Below are positions 18,083-26,450 of a DNA stretch of 32,085 nt, one piece after another (the stretch's first letter is position 1; the number at the start of each line of letters is the position of its first letter). The notes below the pieces were generated by a model, which worked only from the letters and a program-made list of their open reading frames with translations, was not told the DNA's origin and ran no database searches. A program made the translations under genes and the position numbers. The DNA is from an archaeon (GTDB taxonomy: Archaea; Iainarchaeota; Iainarchaeia; Iainarchaeales; Iainarchaeaceae), in contig DATDXA010000022.1 in NCBI GenBank assembly GCA_035289485.1, positions 1 to 32,085 of the forward strand, in the 5' to 3' direction.

Positions 18083-18715
18083 ATGGGCGAACCTAGAAAA
18101 AAAAGAAAGCAGTATGAAACCCCAAGAAAGCAGTGGGACAAGAGGCTTTTGGAAGCGGAACGCAAGCTCGCGAACACTTACGGCCTTGTGAACAAAAGGG
18201 AAATTAGAAGGCCAATGACATGGCTCAAGTACAAGAGAAACCAGGCAAAGAGCCTGCTTGCGCTTACAATGGATAAGAGAATGCAAAGGCAGCAAGAGCT
18301 CATAAGCGGGCTTACAAAGATTGGAATGATTAGCGGAGAATCAACACTTGATGATGTGCTCGGGCTTAAAATCGAGGGAATTTTGGAAAAGAGGCTGCAG
18401 ACAATGGTTTTCAGAAAAGGGCTTGCAAATAGTGTAAAGCAGGCAAGGCAGTTTATCACTCACGGCCACATCGCAATAAACGGGAAGAGAGTAAGTTCGC
18501 CAGGATACATTGTGCCGGTTAGTGAAGCGCAGGCAATTGGATGGTACAGAAAGCCGATTAAGATTGAAAACGAAAAGCCGGCAAAGGATTTGAAGAAGGA
18601 ATTTGAGGAAGCTGCAGGTGCGGCGCTAGCTTCGGAAGGTGCTGTTGCGGAGAGCGCAGAAGGAAAGCCTGAGAGCGCGGAGCCTGCGCAAAATGACAAG
18701 GAGGGCGCGCCATGA
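18083..18715 (+). CDS. rps4: 30S ribosomal protein uS4
   Basis: [45 protein letters not shown]. Confidence 0.98.
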   Translation: MGEPRKKRKQYETPRKQWDKRLLEAERKLANTYGLVNKREIRRPMTWLKYKRNQAKSLLALTMDKRMQRQQELISGLTKIGMISGESTLDDVLGLKIEGILEKRLQTMVFRKGLANSVKQARQFITHGHIAINGKRVSSPGYIVPVSEAQAIGWYRKPIKIENEKPAKDLKKEFEEAAGAALASEGAVAESAEGKPESAEPAQNDKEGAP

Positions 18716-19095
18716 CAAAAACTGGAATAGTTCACATCTACGCATCTCACAATAACACAATAATTCTTCTAACAGACATCACAGGGTCTGAAACGATTGC
18801 AAAGTGCAGCGGCGGAATGGTTGTAAAAGCCCAGCACAAGGAAGGCTCCCCTTATGCCGCAATGAAGGTTGCGGAAATTGTTGCGGAGAAGGCACGCGAG
18901 AAGGGAATTGAGGAAGTAATAATCAAGGTCCGCGGGCAGGGAGGCATTAAGCCAAAGTCCCCGGGGCAGGGCGCGGAAGCCGCTATACTTTCACTTACAA
19001 GAAATAATGTGAGGATAAGAAACATCGAGAACGTGACCCCGATTCCGCATGACGGATGCAGGCGGAAGAAGAGGCACAGGAGCAAGAAAGAGTGA
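18712..19095 (+). CDS. rps11: 30S ribosomal protein uS11
   Basis: [35 protein letters not shown]. Confidence 0.98.
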   Translation: MTKTGIVHIYASHNNTIILLTDITGSETIAKCSGGMVVKAQHKEGSPYAAMKVAEIVAEKAREKGIEEVIIKVRGQGGIKPKSPGQGAEAAILSLTRNNVRIRNIENVTPIPHDGCRRKKRHRSKKE

Positions 19096-19100
19096 TTGCC

Positions 19101-19802
19101 ATGGTTGAAGTCAAAATTTTGCAGGAAAAGGAAAATTCGGTGAAAGTACTCATCAAGGACACGAACGCCGCGTTCGTGAACGCGCTGCGAAGGCAGATGA
19201 TGGCAGGAACGCCTGTACTCGCAATTGAAGACATACATATTTACGAGAACAACGGCGCAATGCACGATGAAATGCTAGGCCACAGGCTTGCGATGGTGCC
19301 GCTCAAAATGGATTCGAAAAAGTACAAGGAAGGCGATATTGTAAAACTTGTGCTTGAAAAGGAAGGCCCGTGCACGGTGTATAGCAAGGACATCAAGAGC
19401 ACTGACCCAAAAATCGAGCCCGCGACACTCAACATTCCGCTAACAAAGCTTGCAGAAGGGCAGAAGATAAAAATCGAGATGGATGCGCTTGTTGGAATCG
19501 GAAGCGCGCACTCAAAGTGGCAGCCGGCAATTGTTGCGTACACCGAGCTCCCAATAATAGTAAATGACAAGGGAGCAAAAGATAAGAGCTACAAGGCAGA
19601 TGTCATAGAAATGCTGCTTGATGAAAAGCACAGGGACATTATACTGAAGGAAAATCAGGGCGTAGAGTATGACCCTACGGCGTTCATATTCAGCGTGGAG
19701 AGCCACGGGAACTTAACGCCAAAGGAGCTGTTTGATGCGGCGGTTGACGAACTGAAGAAACGCACGGAGGAATTCCGCAAGGAGCTGAAGAATTTAAGTT
19801 GA
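19101..19802 (+). CDS. rpoD: DNA-directed RNA polymerase subunit Rpo3 (D)
   Basis: NALRR, LAIEDI, DEMLGHRLAMVPL, GPCTVYSKD, HSKWQP, FSVESHG. Confidence 0.96.
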   Translation: MVEVKILQEKENSVKVLIKDTNAAFVNALRRQMMAGTPVLAIEDIHIYENNGAMHDEMLGHRLAMVPLKMDSKKYKEGDIVKLVLEKEGPCTVYSKDIKSTDPKIEPATLNIPLTKLAEGQKIKIEMDALVGIGSAHSKWQPAIVAYTELPIIVNDKGAKDKSYKADVIEMLLDEKHRDIILKENQGVEYDPTAFIFSVESHGNLTPKELFDAAVDELKKRTEEFRKELKNLS

Positions 19803-19824
19803 TTGCAGTTCAAAGGCATCTGCC

Positions 19825-19908
19825 GCAGGGGTACCCAAGCGGTCAACGGGGCAGGACTTAAGATCCTGTGGCTGAGTGCCTTCGAGGGTTCGAATCCCTC
19901 CCCCTGCA
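19825..19908 (+). tRNA. tRNA-Leu (anticodon TAA), no intron, CCA not encoded
   Basis: Acceptor GCAGGGG/CCCCTGC plus discriminator A; anticodon arm CAGGA-CT-TAA-GA-TCCTG; long variable arm; T arm GAGGG-TTCGAAT-CCCTC. Confidence 0.97.
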
Positions 19909-19957
19909 ATTAAACATTTGAAAATTATTGATTGGAAAAATTGAAGGATGAAAGATT

Positions 19958-20323
19958 ATGAGAACCGGACCAACAAGCGAAATGACAAGGGAAATCATTG
20001 TCGACCTCGAAAAAGAGGGAAAGAAGAGCGGCAAGGCTGTCTGGCTAAAGATAGCGCAAAGGCTTTCGGCTTCATCGCGCAGAAGGGCGCAGGTAAATGT
20101 TTATTCGCTCAGTGAACTTGCAAAGAAGAACCCTGGAAAAATACTTGTGGTTCCGGGAAAAGTTCTCTCGAAGGGAAATGCCGAAGGAAAAATCGAGGTC
20201 GCATGCTTTGCCTGCTCTGAAAAAGCGCGCAAAGCAATTGAGGGAGCTAAGGGAAAAGTAATGACTCTTAAGGAATTGATTGCGTCCAAAACTGCGCCGG
20301 GCAAAATGGTGATTGTAATATGA
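19958..20323 (+). CDS. rpl18e: 50S ribosomal protein eL18
   Basis: RRRAQVNV, LVVPGKVLSKG, SEKARKAIEGAKG; follows tRNA-Leu. Confidence 0.96.
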   Translation: MRTGPTSEMTREIIVDLEKEGKKSGKAVWLKIAQRLSASSRRRAQVNVYSLSELAKKNPGKILVVPGKVLSKGNAEGKIEVACFACSEKARKAIEGAKGKVMTLKELIASKTAPGKMVIVI

Positions 20324-20742
20324 CTGTAATTGATGGAAACAACTGCGTGCTCGGAAGGCTTTCGAGCAATGTCGCAAAAAGGCTCCTCAAAAGAGAAGTC
20401 ATTCACATAGTGAACGCTGAAAAAATAGTGATAAGCGGGAACGAGACAAGCATTATGGCAAGGTTTCGCACAAGGCTTGAAATCAGCCCTAAGGGAAATC
20501 CGCACAAGGGCCCGAACTATTCAAGAATGCCAGATAAGATTGTAAGATACGCGGTGAGAGGAATGCTACCGTGGAAGACACCGACAGGAAAGGCATCTTT
20601 CAAGAACCTTAGAGTTTACATTGGAGTTCCAAAAGAGCTCGAGGCGGAAAAACAGGAAAAAATTGAGAACGCAGAGAACAGGCACGGCAAGGGATTCATG
20701 ACGATTGGAGAAATCAGCCTCGCTTTGGGGGCAAAGTGGTAA
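20320..20742 (+). CDS. rpl13: 50S ribosomal protein uL13
   Basis: VIDGNNCVLGRLSS, VNAEKIVISG, VRGMLPWKTPTG, LRVYIGVP. Confidence 0.98.
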   Translation: MTVIDGNNCVLGRLSSNVAKRLLKREVIHIVNAEKIVISGNETSIMARFRTRLEISPKGNPHKGPNYSRMPDKIVRYAVRGMLPWKTPTGKASFKNLRVYIGVPKELEAEKQEKIENAENRHGKGFMTIGEISLALGAKW

Positions 20743-20779
20743 AAAAGGGTATTTGAACCTTTTGAAAGGGATTTTGTTT

Positions 20780-21205
20780 ATGAGTGAAATAATTAAAAAG
20801 AAAAAAAGGAAAGGAATTACTTCCAAGGCAAAGAAAAAGGAAGCGAAAGCAAGGGCTGTTGTTCACAAGGGAAAGGGCATTGTTAGGATTAATAGAAGAA
20901 ATATTGTTACGATTACTCCGGAATATGTTGTTGATTTTTTAAAAGAGCCAATAGAGATTGCAGGGCCGGTTGCGCAGGAAGTTGATATTGAAGTCCGTGT
21001 CGAGGGCGGGGGCTTTATGGGGCAGATGGTTGCTTCAAGAGCGGCAATCGCAAAGGCAATACTCGAGTACAGGCCCGATGAGAAGCTCAAAAAGCGCATG
21101 GTTGCATATGACAGGATGATGCTTGTTGATGATGCAAGAAGAGTAGAGCCTAAAAAGCCTCTTGGAAGAAAGGCAAGAAAGAAGAGGCAGCTGAGCAGGA
21201 GATGA
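20780..21205 (+). CDS. rps9: 30S ribosomal protein uS9
   Basis: KKKEAKARA, GKGIVRIN, VEGGGFMGQ, YDRMMLVDDARRVEPKK. Confidence 0.97.
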   Translation: MSEIIKKKKRKGITSKAKKKEAKARAVVHKGKGIVRINRRNIVTITPEYVVDFLKEPIEIAGPVAQEVDIEVRVEGGGFMGQMVASRAAIAKAILEYRPDEKLKKRMVAYDRMMLVDDARRVEPKKPLGRKARKKRQLSRR

Positions 21206-21297
21206 TGGACAGATTTTGTTTAATTGGAGTGCGAAGCAAGTCCAGTCGGAGACTGGACAGTCGTACCCAACAGACGAAACTGTTGAGTAGGAGGTAA
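21205..21297 (+). other. Hairpin-rich spacer spanned by a 30-aa mini-ORF
   Basis: ATG overlaps the uS9 stop (TGATG); TAA ends 4 nt before the rpoN ATG. Hairpins gtccagtc/gactggac (21240-21258) and caacag/ctgttg (21268-21285). Confidence 0.55.
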
Positions 21298-21301
21298 AAG
21301 C

Positions 21302-21502
21302 ATGATTGTCCCGGTAAGATGTTTTAGTTGCGGAACCGTTGTCGGTGAGAGCTATGAAAAGTACAAGGAGCGTGTCTCACGCGGAGAAGACCCGGCAGGG
21401 GTTCTTGACGATCTTGGCATTAAAAAATACTGCTGCAGGAGAATGATTTTTGCACATGTGGATTTTATGGATGAAATCCTAAGGCACAAGGGCGTGAAGT
21501 GA
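21302..21502 (+). CDS. rpoN: DNA-directed RNA polymerase subunit Rpo10 (N)
   Basis: MIVPVRCFSCG...LDDLGIKKYCCRRM; SD ggaggt upstream. Confidence 0.98.
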   Translation: MIVPVRCFSCGTVVGESYEKYKERVSRGEDPAGVLDDLGIKKYCCRRMIFAHVDFMDEILRHKGVK

Positions 21503-22507
21503 ATGAACGCGAAGAAAAAAACCGAAAACGAAGCGGCTGAGACGGCAGTAAAAGAGCACGTGAAAGCAGAGCAGCCTGTGCAGGCTACGCCAGAATCTCA
21601 TGCCAAGAGCAAAGCCGCGGCAGTGAACGCTGAGCAGTATGTTGAGAAGCGCGAAAGCAAGCCAGAGAGGAAAGGGCAGCTTGATGAAAATGAGCTAAAG
21701 CACACAAAGCTTGTTGAAACCGAGCGCTATCTGAATACGGGTTCGCACATCGGAACCAAGTTCAAATCAGGCGAGATGAGAAGGTACATTTACAAAGTGC
21801 GCAAGGACGGGCTTAACGTTCTTGATGTTCAGGTTATTGATGATAGGCTTGCGGCTGCCGCGAAGATGCTTGCAAAATTCAAGGGAGAAAAAATCGCTGT
21901 TGTTTCAAGGAAGAGCTATGGGCAGACTCCTGCAAAGGCATTTGCTGAAGCTGTTGGAGCCAAAGCGATTACGGGAAGATTTATCCCAGGAACTTTTTCA
22001 AACCCGCAGTGCACAAGATATGTCGAGCCGCGAGTGATAATGGTTACAGACCCTGAATACGATTTCCAGGCAATTGAGGAGGCAACAAGGGTTCGAATAC
22101 CGGTTGTTGCAATGGCATCAACAAATAACGCGCTCAAGAATATTGATTTGGCAGTGCCGGTGAATAACAAGGGAAGAAAGAGCCTCGCTCTTGCTTACTG
22201 GATACTTGCAAAAGAAGTTCTAAAGGCGCGCGATGAGATAAAGTCTGATTCGGAATTTACAAAGACTGCTGATGATTTTGAATACAAGATGAAAGAAGGA
22301 GAAGAAGAGGAGCAAAGAAGGAACTTTGAGCGCTCTGACCGCAAGGGCGGCTTTGGAAAGGACCGCGGAAGGGGCGATTCTAGAGGCGGCGGAAGGTTTG
22401 GCGGCAGGGGCGGCGGCAGATCAGGCGGATTTGGCGGCGGGCGCAGTTTTGATAGGCAGGAGAGGCAGTTTCCAATACCTGGCAGATCGGCACCACGCTC
22501 TTTTTAG
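21503..22507 (+). CDS. rps2: 30S ribosomal protein uS2 with an N-terminal extension and an RGG-rich C-terminal tail
   Basis: YLNTGSHIGTKFK, RKDGL, GRFIPGTFSNP, VTDP, PVNNKGRKSLALAYW. Confidence 0.97.
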   Translation: MNAKKKTENEAAETAVKEHVKAEQPVQATPESHAKSKAAAVNAEQYVEKRESKPERKGQLDENELKHTKLVETERYLNTGSHIGTKFKSGEMRRYIYKVRKDGLNVLDVQVIDDRLAAAAKMLAKFKGEKIAVVSRKSYGQTPAKAFAEAVGAKAITGRFIPGTFSNPQCTRYVEPRVIMVTDPEYDFQAIEEATRVRIPVVAMASTNNALKNIDLAVPVNNKGRKSLALAYWILAKEVLKARDEIKSDSEFTKTADDFEYKMKEGEEEEQRRNFERSDRKGGFGKDRGRGDSRGGGRFGGRGGGRSGGFGGGRSFDRQERQFPIPGRSAPRSF

Positions 22508-22683
22508 CGCAAAAAGCCCAAATTGTGCAAAATCATTCATTTGGCACCCCTAAATATGCCATGTTTTTTCATTTGCTTGACGTTTAAATAGGCTAATATT
22601 GCTCAAATTAGGTGTTTTCTGGCATTATAACGGGGGCACATTAACCGCCCGTAATTAATAATTGGCTAACCGTAAACAGTAAA

Positions 22684-22691
22684 TTTAAATA
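22684..22691 (+). promoter_or_regulatory. Putative TATA box for the TrmB-family gene
   Basis: TTTAAATA about 50 nt upstream of ATG 22743; SD-like aggtg at 22733-22737. Confidence 0.4.
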
Positions 22692-22742
22692 AGCGGGTGA
22701 GCCTATATATACTAGGGCAAATTAAGGTACCTAGGTGTCCTC

Positions 22743-23501
22743 ATGCAGGAATACGACGTAAATTCTTTTTTGGAAAAACTCGGCTTGACCGAGTACGAAG
22801 CGAAAACACTTTCCGCACTCTTTAACCTGCGGGAAGCGGAAGCGCCGGAAATTTCAAGGCTTGCGCAGGTGCCAAAAACAAGGGTTTATGATGTGCTTGA
22901 CAGGCTCACGAAAAAAAATCTTATAATTGAAATACACGGCCGGCCTAAGCGCTACATGTCAATTGAGGCCGAAAAAGTTTTTGCGCTGCTAATTGAGGAG
23001 AAGAGAAAAGAGCTCCAAGAGCTTGAGAAGCGCGCATCAGAGCTTAAGGAAACAATCACGGTGAACGCAGGAGACGGAAGGCACGAGCGCGTAATGAAGG
23101 TTAAGGACAAGAGCGATTTCATGAAAATTCTCGGGCAGGAAATTGACAGCGCAAAAGAGAGCGTGCACGCAATTACCCCGATAAATAAGGAGCACGGGCT
23201 TCTTAGGGAATCTCTCAAGAACGCGAATGCGAGAAATGTTGAAGTAAAGCTTATCAGCAAAATCAACGAGGGCGGGGATAAGGTCGCAAAGGAGTTCACG
23301 CAGGCGGGCGCGTCACTTAGAGGCTTTGAGCACGGGATAAACACCTACATTATTGATGGCAAGAAAGTTGTTCTTGCACTAAGCGATTTTAGCCAGGATA
23401 AGCCCGAGTACCATTTCACGATTTGGCCGGATAACAGGCCGATGGCGAGCGCCCTGAAGAAATACTTTGATCATGCGTGGGAAATGGGCAAGGAAATATA
23501 G
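22743..23501 (+). CDS. TrmB-family transcriptional regulator
   Basis: LEKLGLTEYEAK...EISRLAQVPKTRVYDVLDRL wHTH, GRPKRY, coiled coil, C-terminal IIDGKKVVL PLD-like effector domain. Confidence 0.92.
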   Translation: MQEYDVNSFLEKLGLTEYEAKTLSALFNLREAEAPEISRLAQVPKTRVYDVLDRLTKKNLIIEIHGRPKRYMSIEAEKVFALLIEEKRKELQELEKRASELKETITVNAGDGRHERVMKVKDKSDFMKILGQEIDSAKESVHAITPINKEHGLLRESLKNANARNVEVKLISKINEGGDKVAKEFTQAGASLRGFEHGINTYIIDGKKVVLALSDFSQDKPEYHFTIWPDNRPMASALKKYFDHAWEMGKEI

Positions 23502-23509
23502 GTGCAAAA

Positions 23510-23839
23510 ATGACTATTTGGGACACCGGGCAAAATGACAGGAGACATTTCGGAAAGTTGCCATGGAAAAACAAATCCTATATTTTGCTGTTTTCACTTT
23601 TATTTTTAACTCTCGCAGTATTGGTCGGCATATATTCATATTATATGTATTTTTTGCTAGGGCAATATTTGTTCGCGGCAGCGGGATTTTTGATTTCGGC
23701 ATTTGTAACCGGGTATATCATTTACACTTGGAAAAATAAAATGTGGTCAAATACAACTTGGGCTCTTGAGAAATTGATTTTACCTAAAAATAAAAATACA
23801 AATCTGGCCCTTGAGAAATTGGGTTTACTTAAAAAGTGA
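23510..23839 (+). CDS. Small hypothetical membrane protein (2 TM), AT-rich
   Basis: Two hydrophobic stretches; SD-like aggtg before ATG 23510. Confidence 0.6.
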   Translation: MTIWDTGQNDRRHFGKLPWKNKSYILLFSLLFLTLAVLVGIYSYYMYFLLGQYLFAAAGFLISAFVTGYIIYTWKNKMWSNTTWALEKLILPKNKNTNLALEKLGLLKK

Positions 23840-23891
23840 GTCTAAAAAAGCTTTTGTTATCTAATTATTTCTACATATTGGGGGCTGAATC

Positions 23892-24005
23892 ATGGATTTC
23901 AAGAAACTTTTCGGCGCTTTTGTAAAGAGCGGAGCAGACACAGGAGAAGGCGTAGCAAAGCCTAAAGGCTCCAAGTGGTCGTTTAAAGGCAAGAAAAAAG
24001 AGTAA
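23892..24005 (+). CDS. Putative 37-aa basic peptide (not in the ORF track)
   Basis: MDFKKLFGAFVKSGADTGEGVAKPKGSKWSFKGKKKE*; SD-like ggggctga at 23881-23888. Confidence 0.45.
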   Translation: MDFKKLFGAFVKSGADTGEGVAKPKGSKWSFKGKKKE

Positions 24006-24058
24006 GCAAAAACGGCAGGGAGTAGGGGTTTTAACCTTTCCCGCGTTTACTAATTCTT

Positions 24059-25711
24059 ATGGCAGAAAAAGAGGACGCATACCGCTACGCTGTCAAGAAT
24101 GCTTTTGAGCATGGCGGGCGAGCGGATTTGGGCGCTTTAATTGGAAAACTAAAGGCGCTCTACAAGGATAAAGATGTAAAGGCACTAATGCCAGTGGCGC
24201 TTGAAGCTGTGAAGAAAGTAAACGCGATGAAGCCCGCGGAAATTGAACGGGAATTCAGATCATTTGAAGGCGGCTATGAATTGAAGCCAAAGCCCGAGCG
24301 CGAAGGCCTGCCGCCGCTTGAGTGGGCGGAGAAGGGCGCAAAAGTCGTCACAAGATATGCTCCGAACCCTAACGGGCCGCCGCATTTGGGAAATGCGCGC
24401 GCGGCATTTTTGAGCTACGCTTACGCCGAGAAGTACAATGGAAAATTCATTTTGCGCTTTGAGGACACTGACCCCAAGGTCAAAAAGCCGATGGAAAACC
24501 CGGAAGAGGAATTCCGCCAAGACCTTGAGTGGTTTGGGATAAAAATCGGCGAGGTTTATTTCGCATCAGATAGGCTTTCGATTTATTACGATTTTATGAG
24601 AAAGCTCATTGAAATGAACAAGGCTTATGTTTGCTCGTGCGAGAGCGGGAAATGGAAAGAGAAGATTGACGCAAAGAAAGCGTGCCCGTGCAGGGAAAAG
24701 GATTCGAAAAAGCAGATGGAGCTTTTTGAGAAAATGATTTCGCACACTCTTAAGGAAGGCGAAGCGGTGCTGCGGCTAAAAACCGATTTGAAACATCCTG
24801 ACCCTAGCGTTCGCGACTGGTGGATTGCGCGCATTGTGGATAAACCGGAGCATCCGCGCGCAACCGGAAAAGACCATGTCTGGCCAAGCTTCATGTTTGA
24901 GAGCGCAATTGATGACCATGAGATGGGAGTTACGCTTATACTTCGCGGGCAGGAGCACGCGCAGAACTCCACAAAGCAAAAATTCCTCTATGATTATTTC
25001 GGATGGGAGCAGCCGCACGCGGTGCACTTCGGAAGGCTCTCACTTGGGGACATGGTTCTTAGCACTTCAAAAATAAAAGCAGGTATTGCAGCTGGAGAAT
25101 ATGAGGGCTGGGATGATATCCGCCTTGGGACTTTGCGCGCGCTGCGAAGGCGCGGCTTTCGGCCAGCGGCGCTTCAGAAAATACTGGTTGATTCGGGGCT
25201 CACTACAAGCGATGCGAACATTTCAATGCCAAAGCTTGCGGCATACAATCGCGAACTCATTCAGGATGAGGCCGTGCGCAGCACCTATTTGATGGACCCT
25301 GTGAAGCTGCAGGTGATTTCGCATGAGGAAATGGAAGTTGAAAAGGACGCTATGACATTTACCCTGCCGCGCGGGATGCACGAATTTTTGGTTTCTGCAA
25401 AGGAAGTTAAGGAAACAAAGTCGCAGGTTTTTCGGCTGCGCGGAGCTTACAATGTGAAAGTGGAAAATAAGGACGGATTTGCGCTTGAAGGCAAGTTCGC
25501 GGGCAAGGACATGGAAGGCAAACAGGTGATTTCGTGGATAAATGACATGATGGACCTTGAACTAAAGCTTGCGGACGGCTCGCGAGAAGTGGGGGTTATT
25601 GAACGGATGGATTTGCGCAGGGGAATGTATTTGTATCTGGAGAAGAAGGGGTTTTGCGTTGTTGATTCAACTGATGGCCCAAGGCCGGTTGCTTATTTTG
25701 CACATGAGTGA
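24059..25711 (+). CDS. gltX: Glutamate--tRNA ligase (archaeal type)
   Basis: TRYAPNPNGPPHLGNAR (HIGH-like), LRFEDTDP, IDDHEMGVTLILRGQEH, LSTSK, GWDDIRLGTLRALRRRG. Confidence 0.97.
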   Translation: MAEKEDAYRYAVKNAFEHGGRADLGALIGKLKALYKDKDVKALMPVALEAVKKVNAMKPAEIEREFRSFEGGYELKPKPEREGLPPLEWAEKGAKVVTRYAPNPNGPPHLGNARAAFLSYAYAEKYNGKFILRFEDTDPKVKKPMENPEEEFRQDLEWFGIKIGEVYFASDRLSIYYDFMRKLIEMNKAYVCSCESGKWKEKIDAKKACPCREKDSKKQMELFEKMISHTLKEGEAVLRLKTDLKHPDPSVRDWWIARIVDKPEHPRATGKDHVWPSFMFESAIDDHEMGVTLILRGQEHAQNSTKQKFLYDYFGWEQPHAVHFGRLSLGDMVLSTSKIKAGIAAGEYEGWDDIRLGTLRALRRRGFRPAALQKILVDSGLTTSDANISMPKLAAYNRELIQDEAVRSTYLMDPVKLQVISHEEMEVEKDAMTFTLPRGMHEFLVSAKEVKETKSQVFRLRGAYNVKVENKDGFALEGKFAGKDMEGKQVISWINDMMDLELKLADGSREVGVIERMDLRRGMYLYLEKKGFCVVDSTDGPRPVAYFAHE

Positions 25712-25737
25712 ACACTCAGCGGGCACAGATAATAATA

Positions 25738-25754
25738 TATATCAATTTGATATA
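25738..25754. promoter_or_regulatory. Palindromic putative operator upstream of the TA pair
   Basis: TATATCAA-T-TTGATATA, a perfect 8-bp inverted repeat in an AT-rich tract 20 nt before the start codon. Confidence 0.6.
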
Positions 25755-25773
25755 CATATTTTTAGGTGATTCT

Positions 25774-26040
25774 TTGGGAAATTCTTTAGTTAGAATGGAA
25801 GGCGCGCAGGAACTTATTGTGGATAAGCTTACGAAAAACGGGTTCTACAAGACACGCAGCGAAGTGATAAGGGCCGGGGTGCTCGAGCTTGCCGCAAAGC
25901 ACAAGCTGTTCAAAAACGCCAAAGAGATAGAAGATGAGCTTGTTGTAAAAAAGATGAGGAAAATCTCTGAGGAAATAAGGCAGGGCAAGCGCAAAGTATT
26001 CACAGAAGCGCAGGTAAAGGCAAAATACGGCTTGAAGTGA
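25774..26040 (+). CDS. Ribbon-helix-helix protein, putative antitoxin (TTG start)
   Basis: SD aggtga then TTG; SLVRM...IVDKLTKNGFYKTRSEVIRAGV matches the CopG/ParD-like RHH pattern; C-terminal EVKAKYGL-like tail (EAQVKAKYGLK). Confidence 0.8.
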   Translation: MGNSLVRMEGAQELIVDKLTKNGFYKTRSEVIRAGVLELAAKHKLFKNAKEIEDELVVKKMRKISEEIRQGKRKVFTEAQVKAKYGLK

Positions 26041-26045
26041 TTTAA

Positions 26046-26300
26046 TTGTTTGAGCTCACTTACGCCGAAGGCTGGGATCGGCACTTCTCAAAATTTGACA
26101 ATTCAGTAAAGCAAAAAATATGGAAAAAAATCCAGCAAATAAAAATCCTTGTAAACCCAAGGCATTTGCGGCACGGAGAAGCGTTCTTTGTTGAAGAGGC
26201 GGGGCAATATAGGATATGCTTCGAACAGGCCGGCGCTGGCACACGGCGGATAACATTTGTTGGAAACCACAAGCAGTATGAGAAGTGGTACAAGCGATAA
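26046..26300 (+). CDS. Putative RelE/ParE-superfamily toxin (TTG start)
   Basis: 84 aa, basic; FSKFDNSVKQKIWKKI, GQYRICF, ITFVGNHKQYEKWY; directly downstream of the RHH gene. Confidence 0.75.
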   Translation: MFELTYAEGWDRHFSKFDNSVKQKIWKKIQQIKILVNPRHLRHGEAFFVEEAGQYRICFEQAGAGTRRITFVGNHKQYEKWYKR

Positions 26301-26402
26301 AACGGCAACTTATTTATTCATTTGAGCCCTCGCAGGGCAACGTATTTAATCGTCAACCCCCTAATTCTACATAATTAGCTTTGGTTTCTTTTCCCGTCCC
26401 GC

Positions 26403-26418
26403 CAACCCTTTTAAACCC
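26403..26418 (+). promoter_or_regulatory. Putative TATA-box promoter of the L7Ae operon
   Basis: caacccTTTTAAAccc, about 35 nt upstream of the k-turn leader. Confidence 0.5.
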
Positions 26419-26450
26419 TTTCAAAGGGATTTATTCTATAAGTTCTTTTT

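Noticed and set aside
19655..19909. ORF MQGEGFEPSKALSHRILSPAPLTAW
   Set aside because: Antisense translation of tRNA-Leu.
22508..22742. Replication origin in the AT-rich spacer
   Set aside because: No adjacent cdc6/orc1 and no clear repeated ORB boxes; better explained as terminator plus promoter.
8452..25773. Long upstream starts given by the ORF track (8452, 9501, 19056, 20705, 23477, 25708)
   Set aside because: They overlap upstream genes; downstream starts fit SD motifs and family N-termini better.
26327..26339. gccct-cgc-agggc hairpin after the toxin gene as another element copy
   Set aside because: Only a 5-bp stem without the outer stem or a bridging ORF; too weak to assign.
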